A program made the translations under genes and the position numbers. From the NCBI GenBank assembly GCA_028691905.1, contig JAQUYJ010000001.1:1-39977 (forward strand): a stretch of DNA of 39,977 nucleotides. The letters run 5' to 3'. Within the stretch, counting starts at the first letter, position 1. Each line of letters opens with the position of its first letter. Source of the stretch: Bacilli bacterium. GTDB lineage: Bacteria; Bacillota_I; Bacilli_A; ML615J-28; CAG-698. The notes beneath the pieces were generated by a model. It did not search any database. It worked only from the letters and a program-made list of their open reading frames with translations, and was not told where the DNA came from. This document shows, one piece after another, positions 33,581-39,977 of the stretch.

Positions 33581-34398
33581 GCAGTCACTCCCAAATAAAT
33601 AAAAATAGCCAAAGAAACAAGAAGGCAATAATAACCAAAGTACTTTAAATTATTCTTTCTAACCAGTTTGAAGAAGAAATGAATGGATAGAAAGGTTCCG
33701 ATGATGCTCATAAGGAAGGCCCCAATATAGCCGGCAAAGAAAGTCTGTTCCATATCGATATCAAGGATACCCAATAACAGGGAGGCAAAACTCACAGGAA
33801 TGTACATCATGAAGGAAAAACGAAGTGCTTTTTCCAATTGGGCTTTGTTAGCCACTCCAAATGAAGTGGTTACACCGGAACGGGATATTCCGGGCAGTAA
33901 ACCAAATATTTGCGCAACACCCATTAATATTGCCGTTTTTAAAGTGATATTTTCCTGATCTGCTCTTTTCGACATGGCTTGGATAAATAAAAGCAACCCT
34001 CCGGTAATCAATAAACAGATTGCAACGGACAATAGAGTGGACAGGGTGGAGTCGATTAAATCTTTCAATAATAAACCGGCAATACCTGCAGGAATGGTCG
34101 CAGCAATAACAAGAACAATATAAATAAAATCTTTTTGATATTCTTTCTGTTTTTTAAAAAGATAGCGAAAAGCTCCAACAATTATTTCTTTCAAAAATAA
34201 ACGGTAATAAAGAATGATGGCAATCAGTGATCCAAAATTAACAAAAATATTAAAATTGAGTTCATCATTCATTATTACACCAAAAATATTTTTGAATATT
34301 ACCAGATGACCGCTGGAAGATATGGGGAGCGGTTCGGTTATTCCCTGTACCAGACCGAGTAAGACATATTTCAAAAAATCTAAAAAAGCCAGTATCAT
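33577..34398 (-). CDS. uppP: Undecaprenyl-diphosphate phosphatase
   Basis: Start at MILAFLDFLKYVLLGLVQGITEPLPISSSGHL with RBS gaggtga 5 nt upstream. PGISRSG motif. TGA stop. Confidence 0.92.
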   Translation of the reverse strand: MILAFLDFLKYVLLGLVQGITEPLPISSSGHLVIFKNIFGVIMNDELNFNIFVNFGSLIAIILYYRLFLKEIIVGAFRYLFKKQKEYQKDFIYIVLVIAATIPAGIAGLLLKDLIDSTLSTLLSVAICLLITGGLLLFIQAMSKRADQENITLKTAILMGVAQIFGLLPGISRSGVTTSFGVANKAQLEKALRFSFMMYIPVSFASLLLGILDIDMEQTFFAGYIGAFLMSIIGTFLSIHFFFKLVRKNNLKYFGYYCLLVSLAIFIYLGVTA

Positions 34399-34478
34399 TA
34401 AGTTCACCTCTTCTTTAAAAAAGTATATCACATTTCCGAAAAAAAAGAAAGATGAAATCGCGAAACGAAATGTTTTTA

Positions 34479-34507
34479 TTAACAAAAAACAAGATTTGTG
34501 CTATAAT
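34479..34507 (+). promoter_or_regulatory. Sigma-A promoter of the EIIB-like gene / tkt
   Basis: TTAACA (34479-34484), 17-bp spacer, TATAAT (34502-34507) with TGc extended -10. Confidence 0.6.
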
Positions 34508-34534
34508 AGGGATGAAAAAGAAAGGAATGATAGG

Positions 34535-34921
34535 ATGTTATTTTTAGAATCAAATGCATTTCAATTAATTTTATGGTTACTGTTGGTACCACTAGTATTA
34601 ATAGCCATTCTCATCATTGTAGCTGTCATTGTTCGAATTCAAAAACAAGGCAAGGTTAACAGTGCCCGTAAACAAAAAATAGTTACAGAAGCAATTGATT
34701 ATGAACAGCAATTGGTTTTTTATCGGGCATTTGGCGGTAAAGAAAACATGCTTCAAATCGAACAGAATTTATCAAGAATATCTGTTCAGGTTGAAGATGT
34801 GAATAAAGTTGATGCCATGCTCCTGAAGGAATTGGGTGCGAATGGGGTATTGATTTCTGATCATATGGTAAAATGTTCGTTTGGTGACCGGGCAGAATAT
34901 ATTTATCAATTATTGAAGTAG
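34535..34921 (+). CDS. Membrane-anchored PTS EIIB-like domain protein lacking the phospho-acceptor cysteine
   Basis: ATG at 34535 (RBS aaaggaa). The upstream part of the track ORF overlaps uppP on the other strand. N-terminal TM (about residues 8-34). The C-terminal AFGGKENMLQIEQNLSRISVQVEDVNKVDAMLLKELGANGV aligns to the glucose-family EIIB motif GGKENI...C(I/A)TRLR, with Asn replacing Cys. Confidence 0.7.
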   Translation: MLFLESNAFQLILWLLLVPLVLIAILIIVAVIVRIQKQGKVNSARKQKIVTEAIDYEQQLVFYRAFGGKENMLQIEQNLSRISVQVEDVNKVDAMLLKELGANGVLISDHMVKCSFGDRAEYIYQLLK

Positions 34922-34928
34922 GTTGTTT

Positions 34929-36848
34929 ATGGAACACACACTAGATCTTTTATCTATCCAGACAGCAAAAGTATTGGCAATGGAAGCAATTCAAAAAGCA
35001 AAATCAGGACACCCCGGTATTGCCCTAGGAGCTGCTCCCATTTTATATACTTTATTTTATAAAATAATGAATATGGACCCCCTCGAGCCAGACTGGATCA
35101 ATCGTGACCGTTTTATATTGTCTGCAGGCCACGGCTCATCAATCTACTATGCTTTTCTCCATTTAATGGGTTATCCAATCACCATCTCGGATTTACAGTC
35201 TTTTCGTCAGTTAAACAGTTTTACACCGGGACACCCGGAATCCCATTTGACAGCTGGAGTGGATGCGACAACCGGTCCCCTGGGGCAGGGTTTGGCGATG
35301 GCAGTTGGATCTGCTGCAGCGGAAGCTCATTTACAGGCAAAATATCCTGACGTGATTAATCATTATACATATGTTTTATGCGGAGATGGCGATTTACAGG
35401 AAGGAATCGCCTGGGAAGCGCTTAGTTTTGCGGGGCATCAGCAATTATCAAAACTGATTATATTGTTTGATTCCAATGATATTCAGCTGGATGGTCCGAC
35501 CAATCAGACAAACAGTGATAATATTGGCTTGAAAATAAAAGCTCTTCATTTTGATTATCAATTGGTTCAGGATGGAACGGATATAAAAACTATTGAAAAA
35601 GCGATCAAAAAAGCACAAAAATCAAATCAACCAAGTTTTATTGAAATAAAAACCATTATCGGTATGGGTTCAAGCAAACAAGGTACTTCCCAGGTACATG
35701 GTTCTCCCCTTGCGGATGAGGAAGTAAACCGCATGCGTAAAGAACTTGGCGGAAATCCCTTTGAAGTAAGCAGCGAAGTGGTAATGCACTTTAAGAAAAA
35801 AGCCAAAAAAAACCATCAAAAATATTTGAACTGGCTGAAACAGGCAAATGGATGGGAAGAAATCAAACAAAATAAAGTAATGATTCCTGCCCTGGATAGT
35901 CTTGCCTGTATACAACCTCCCTTTAATGGAGCGACAAGGGTTTCATCAGGGCTTATTTTAAAAGAATACAATCGCATCAATGCCAATTTAATCGGCGGAT
36001 CAGCTGATTTAAGTTCCTCAACCAATGTGGAAGGCGGAGATGGCCTGTTTTGTCCAGGCAACCGGTCAGGAAGAAATATCAAATTTGGTGTACGGGAACA
36101 TGCGATGGCAGCAATCAGTAATGGGATTGCATTGCATGGGGGGCTGCGGGCTTTCTGCAGTGGATTTTTTGTATTTGCTGATTACATGAAACCGGCTATC
36201 CGTTTGTCTGCGATAATGGAACTTCCGGTGGTGTATTTATTCACCCACGATTCCATCGCAGTCGGTGAAGACGGTCCGACCCATCAGCCAATCGAACAAT
36301 TGACCATGTTAAGAAGTATTCCCAATTGTATCGTAATCCGTCCGGCTGATGCATATGAGGTCAAAGCAGCATATGAAATGGCTTTTGCCAGTACCCATCA
36401 ACCGGTTATTCTCGTGCTGACAAGGCAGAATTTACAAAACTGTACGATGGCTGCAACAGATCAGGTTAAAAAAGGTGCCTACATTCTTGCTGAAGACGAT
36501 CAGCCGGATTGGATAATTATTGCTTCCGGTTCGGAAGTAAACCTTGCTCTTGAAGTAAAAAAAGTCTGGAATAAGAAGGGTAAAAAGGTTCGTTTAATCA
36601 GTATGCCCAGTACTCAGTTATTTAATCAACAAAGTTTGGCCTACCAAGAAAGTATTTTACCGTCCCATATTACCAAAAGAATCGCAATAGAAGCAAGCGA
36701 AGGAGCGCATCTCTACCGTTATGTTGGATTGGATGGGATGGTGTATGGATTAAACCGCTTTGGAAAGAGTGGGAAAGGCCCTCAGGTAATGGCTGATTTA
36801 GGGTTTGAAGTAGATAAAATTGTTGAAGCAATGGAAGAAATAGAATAA
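34929..36848 (+). CDS. tkt: Transketolase
   Basis: SGHPG, GDGDLQEG (ThDP-binding), pyrimidine-binding and C-terminal domains. ATG at 34929 (TTG at 34923 is also possible). Confidence 0.95.
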   Translation: MEHTLDLLSIQTAKVLAMEAIQKAKSGHPGIALGAAPILYTLFYKIMNMDPLEPDWINRDRFILSAGHGSSIYYAFLHLMGYPITISDLQSFRQLNSFTPGHPESHLTAGVDATTGPLGQGLAMAVGSAAAEAHLQAKYPDVINHYTYVLCGDGDLQEGIAWEALSFAGHQQLSKLIILFDSNDIQLDGPTNQTNSDNIGLKIKALHFDYQLVQDGTDIKTIEKAIKKAQKSNQPSFIEIKTIIGMGSSKQGTSQVHGSPLADEEVNRMRKELGGNPFEVSSEVVMHFKKKAKKNHQKYLNWLKQANGWEEIKQNKVMIPALDSLACIQPPFNGATRVSSGLILKEYNRINANLIGGSADLSSSTNVEGGDGLFCPGNRSGRNIKFGVREHAMAAISNGIALHGGLRAFCSGFFVFADYMKPAIRLSAIMELPVVYLFTHDSIAVGEDGPTHQPIEQLTMLRSIPNCIVIRPADAYEVKAAYEMAFASTHQPVILVLTRQNLQNCTMAATDQVKKGAYILAEDDQPDWIIIASGSEVNLALEVKKVWNKKGKKVRLISMPSTQLFNQQSLAYQESILPSHITKRIAIEASEGAHLYRYVGLDGMVYGLNRFGKSGKGPQVMADLGFEVDKIVEAMEEIE

Positions 36849-36871
36849 GCTGCCGACAAGCAGCTTTTTTT
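36847..36871 (+). terminator. Rho-independent terminator after tkt
   Basis: aagctgc-cgacaa-gcagctt followed by a T-run. Confidence 0.8.
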
Positions 36872-36902
36872 ATGGGGGGGACTTTTAAATTAAAGAAAAT
36901 TA

Positions 36903-36911
36903 TGGTATAAT
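36903..36911 (+). promoter_or_regulatory. Extended -10 promoter element upstream of pepV
   Basis: tatggTATAAT with no good -35 box. Confidence 0.5.
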
Positions 36912-36937
36912 AAAGTAATTATAAAAGGAGTAATATC

Positions 36938-38281
36938 ATGAATTTTAATGAAAAAGTAAAACAGAATAAAACGGATCTGATCAGTGATTTGCGGCAGTTA
37001 TTGCGTATTCCGAGTGTATTGATAGAAACACCGGATAATCTGGAAGCACCGTTTGGTCAGGGATTGCGGGATGCACTTGATTTTATATTGGCGTTAGGGG
37101 AAAAAATGGGATTTAAAACCAAACGTGTCGATCAGATAGCGGGCCATATAGAATTCGGCGAAGGGGAAGAAATTATTGGGATTCTCTGTCATCTGGACGT
37201 GGTACCGGCAGGAGAAGGTTGGAAATACGATCCTTTTCAGGCTGTTATCGAAGATAATAAAATCTATGCCCGCGGTGCCATTGATGACAAAGGCCCTTTA
37301 ATCAGTGCCCTTTATGCAATGAAAATAATTAAAGATTTAAAACTCCCTATTCATAAAAGAATCCGTTTGATTGTTGGAACGGATGAAGAAACCGCATGGC
37401 GCGGGATTAAAAGATATCTGGAAGTTTCTGAAATGCCTACTTTTGGTTTTTCTCCCGATGCTAATTTCCCACTTATCTATGGTGAAAAAGGAATATTATC
37501 CCTGGACTTGATCAGTAATTTTCAAGATCAGCATATGCAGCTGCTGGAAGCAGGAGAGCGCTATAATGTTGTTCCGGAAAAAGCTGTTATACAGATTTCC
37601 AATCATATTGAAAAAGACTTTCAGGAATATTTAAAAGCAAATAAATTGGTTGGCGATGCAAAGCTGAACGAATATACGATTCATGGCCAAAGTGCCCATG
37701 CTATGGAACCAAACAATGGCATCAATGCATTGATTCATATGGCCCATTTCGTTACCGGTTTTCATCATCATCCCCTGCTCCAGTTTATATCTGAGAAATT
37801 AAATGATTCCAGATTTAAAAAAATGGGACTCCACTTTACGGATCCTGAAATGGGCGATTTGACTGTTAATGTCGCACTTGCCAGAATCGACCAACAAGGA
37901 GGTCGAATCGGTCTGAATTTACGATATCCAATAAATTGGTCAAAAGATGAATTCTTAAGTCTTTTCGCGAAAGAAGCTTTGAAATACGGTATTGAAGTAA
38001 GAGAAAAAGAGGACAGCAAACCACATTTTGTCGATAAGAATTCCTGGTTGGTTCAAGTCCTTCATCAGGCATACATCAAATATACCGGCGATACAACAAC
38101 CCCACCTGCGACAATCGGTGGCGGAACCTATGCCCGTGCATTGAAAAATGCCGTAGCTTTCGGAATGATGATGCCGGGCAGGGAAGATGTCGTCCATGAA
38201 AAAAATGAATATGTATTCATTGATGACTTATTGACAGCAACAGCAATCTACTGTGAAGCTATTGCAGCGCTTGGGAAATAA
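36938..38281 (+). CDS. pepV: M20-family dipeptidase (PepV/Sapep type)
   Basis: 447 aa. HLDVVP, GAIDDKGP, GTDEET. RBS aaaggag. Confidence 0.88.
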   Translation: MNFNEKVKQNKTDLISDLRQLLRIPSVLIETPDNLEAPFGQGLRDALDFILALGEKMGFKTKRVDQIAGHIEFGEGEEIIGILCHLDVVPAGEGWKYDPFQAVIEDNKIYARGAIDDKGPLISALYAMKIIKDLKLPIHKRIRLIVGTDEETAWRGIKRYLEVSEMPTFGFSPDANFPLIYGEKGILSLDLISNFQDQHMQLLEAGERYNVVPEKAVIQISNHIEKDFQEYLKANKLVGDAKLNEYTIHGQSAHAMEPNNGINALIHMAHFVTGFHHHPLLQFISEKLNDSRFKKMGLHFTDPEMGDLTVNVALARIDQQGGRIGLNLRYPINWSKDEFLSLFAKEALKYGIEVREKEDSKPHFVDKNSWLVQVLHQAYIKYTGDTTTPPATIGGGTYARALKNAVAFGMMMPGREDVVHEKNEYVFIDDLLTATAIYCEAIAALGK

Positions 38282-38282
38282 T

Positions 38283-38930
38283 ATGCGCCTTAGAAAGTTA
38301 AAGCATGCCAGTGAACGTTTGGAAAAACATCCGGATTTTGTCATTTTGAATCCATTGGACTATAAAGGAAAATGGAATCAGTTATTCGCGAAAAAACAGC
38401 CAATCCATTTGGAAATAGGGATGGGTAAGGGCAAATTCATCATTGCAATGGCGAAACAAAATCCCCATATTAATTTTATCGGGATGGAACGGGAAGACAG
38501 TGTCTTGGTTAAAGCAGTGGAAAAAGAAGAAAATCCCCTTCCCAATTTAGTGTATATTTTAGGGGATGCGAAAGACAGCTTATCTTTATTTGAAAAAGAA
38601 GAAGTGGCGATGATTTATTTGAACTTTTCTGATCCCTGGCCGAAAAACAGGCATACCAAAAGAAGGCTCACAAGTGATAATTTACTGATGAGTTACCAAA
38701 GCATTCTTCAAAAAAACGGTATTATCGAAATGAAAACCGACAACAGAAAATTATTTGAATTCAGTGTCTTACAGTTTATAGAGCAGGGTTTTCAGGTTAT
38801 GGAATGGAGTCTTCATTTGCATGAAGACAGGCAGGATGTTATAACAACAGAATATGAAGAAAGATTTCTTCAGGAGAATAAAACAATATATTATGTGAAG
38901 GTGAAAAATGGAACGAATGAAATTATATGA
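38283..38930 (+). CDS. trmB: tRNA (guanine46-N7)-methyltransferase
   Basis: ATG 1 nt after the pepV stop. MRLRKLKHA..., SAM motif LEIGMGKG, FSDPWPK. Confidence 0.92.
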   Translation: MRLRKLKHASERLEKHPDFVILNPLDYKGKWNQLFAKKQPIHLEIGMGKGKFIIAMAKQNPHINFIGMEREDSVLVKAVEKEENPLPNLVYILGDAKDSLSLFEKEEVAMIYLNFSDPWPKNRHTKRRLTSDNLLMSYQSILQKNGIIEMKTDNRKLFEFSVLQFIEQGFQVMEWSLHLHEDRQDVITTEYEERFLQENKTIYYVKVKNGTNEII

Positions 38931-39975
38931 ACAATTGGTTAATATGGCGGGAATTGCCGGTCATGAAAGTGAAATTAAAAAATTTGTTCGTGCAGAATTG
39001 CAAAAAGTAAGTGATGAAATTATTCAGGATAAGCTGGGCAGTGTATTTGGCGTAAGCAAAGGCAATGGACCAGTCATCATGATTGCCGGACATATGGATG
39101 AAGTGGGAGCAATGGTAACCAAAATAACCGATGAAGGCTTTATTAAAATGCTGGCTATTGGGGGAATTAATCCTGAAGTATACTTGTCACAGAACATGGA
39201 GATAATTATCAGTCCAACCAAGCGGATAAAAGGAATTATAGGAGCGGTTCCTCCCCATATAAACCGCGGAAGCGAAGACAGTAAACCGGAATTGAAATTT
39301 GAAGATTTATTATTGGATATCGGTGCGGATTCAAAAGAAGCAGCTATCCAGATGGGAGTTAAAGTAGGCCAGCAAGTCGTCAGTTTAAACCAGTACTATG
39401 TCATGGAAGATCAGAATAAAATCGTATCAAAAGCATGGGATAATCGGTTTGGAGTTGGAATGGCAATTGAAGTATTACGGGCAATTCATCATACCAATCA
39501 TCCCAATACAGTAATAGCCGGAGCCACAGTTCAAGAAGAAGTGGGATTAAGAGGGGCCACAACAGCATCCAATATGGTTCAACCCGATCTTTTTTTGGCG
39601 ATTGATGTTTCACCGGTAGGTGACTTCTTACCCAAAGATCATCCCCGTGCATACGGCAAACTTGGCGGTGGGTTTTTAGTCCGTTTTTATGATCCCCGCT
39701 GTATTATGCACCTGGGTGTAAAAAAATATATTGAAGACTTGGCTAATGAAAGACAGATTAAATATCAGCACTTTCTGTCGATGGGAGGAACCGACGCAGC
39801 AGCTGCACAGTACAATCATGCCATTGCAACGACAATCGGTCTTCCCGGAAGATACATTCATACCAATGCAGCAGTAATCGATGTCCGCGATGTGGAAGAA
39901 GTGAAGAAGATGCTTCTTGCCATCATTGAAACGTTTGATGCGGATAAACTTGCTGAAGTAAAAGCAAATGGTTAA
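38908..39975 (+). CDS. M42-family glutamyl aminopeptidase / peptidase (YsdC/PepA/FrvX-like)
   Basis: 355 aa. GHMDEVG, WDNRFG, QEEVGLRGA. Overlaps the trmB 3' end. The start could be 38908 or 38917. Confidence 0.88.
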   Translation: MERMKLYEQLVNMAGIAGHESEIKKFVRAELQKVSDEIIQDKLGSVFGVSKGNGPVIMIAGHMDEVGAMVTKITDEGFIKMLAIGGINPEVYLSQNMEIIISPTKRIKGIIGAVPPHINRGSEDSKPELKFEDLLLDIGADSKEAAIQMGVKVGQQVVSLNQYYVMEDQNKIVSKAWDNRFGVGMAIEVLRAIHHTNHPNTVIAGATVQEEVGLRGATTASNMVQPDLFLAIDVSPVGDFLPKDHPRAYGKLGGGFLVRFYDPRCIMHLGVKKYIEDLANERQIKYQHFLSMGGTDAAAAQYNHAIATTIGLPGRYIHTNAAVIDVRDVEEVKKMLLAIIETFDADKLAEVKANG

Positions 39976-39977
39976 AG

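Noticed and set aside
33149-34398. The GNAT gene coupled to an upstream gene as a GNAT toxin-antitoxin pair (TacT/AtaT-like).
   Set aside because: The coupled upstream gene is a full-length uppP, not a small RHH or Xre antitoxin. The GNAT shows only generic acetyl-CoA motifs.
34322-34534. The long form (199 aa) of the EIIB-like ORF.
   Set aside because: The first 71 codons overlap the uppP coding region and its RBS on the opposite strand and are Lys-rich low complexity. A promoter (34479-34507) and an RBS precede the ATG at 34535.
36874-36880. A G7 homopolymer upstream of the pepV promoter and a C7 run inside the ureohydrolase gene (919-925), considered as phase-variation tracts.
   Set aside because: The tracts are short. 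The G-run lies outside the -35/-10 spacer and the C-run encodes Pro-Pro in a conserved region. There is no evidence of slippage from a single sequence.
1-39977. CRISPR arrays, IS elements, integrases, prophage genes, tRNA or rRNA genes, and long direct or tandem repeats.
   Set aside because: None were recognised on visual inspection. The only repeated sequences longer than 10 nt are functional motifs (T-box cores, extended -10 boxes). A computational repeat and tRNA scan would be needed to be definitive.

Overview
This window is a chromosomal, mostly housekeeping segment of a low-GC Bacillota genome. It uses the standard genetic code: TGA terminates conserved genes at their expected lengths. 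No rRNA, tRNA, CRISPR array, transposase or integrase was found. From memory, gene order resembles two Bacillus subtilis neighbourhoods: (a) rpsP-khpA-rimM-trmD-rplS, then ccpA and tyrS; (b) trpS / opp operon / spx / yjbK (CYTH) / yjbM (small alarmone synthetase) / NAD kinase. The rest is clpP, an acyltransferase-YfcC pair, T-box-controlled pheST, ispH, a split chromate-transporter pair, an aldose epimerase, efp, coaX, a GNAT, uppP, tkt, pepV, trmB and an M42 peptidase. Supportable regulatory elements are two T-box leaders (Tyr UAC, Phe UUC), many consensus sigma-A promoters often carrying TRTGnTATAAT extended -10 boxes, hairpin terminators, an ArsR/SmtB-type operator and cre-like boxes. The most unusual content is the Opp-type ABC importer at about 10.0-18.4 kb. 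Its OppC-type permease carries an apparent seven-bladed RCC1-like beta-propeller of about 320 aa in an extracytoplasmic loop. Its OppF-type ATPase is split between Walker A and the Q-loop by a coiled-coil insertion of about 375 aa. A small membrane ORF sits between oppF and the operon terminator. Secondary points of interest are an orphan ThsB/DUF1863-type TIR-like gene appended to the relQ-nadK operon, a Zn/Cd efflux cassette wedged inside the rpsP-rplS operon, a Cys-less membrane-anchored PTS EIIB-like protein, and an Spx with a Cys-rich C-terminal tail. All domain calls come from reading motifs by eye and need profile searches to confirm.
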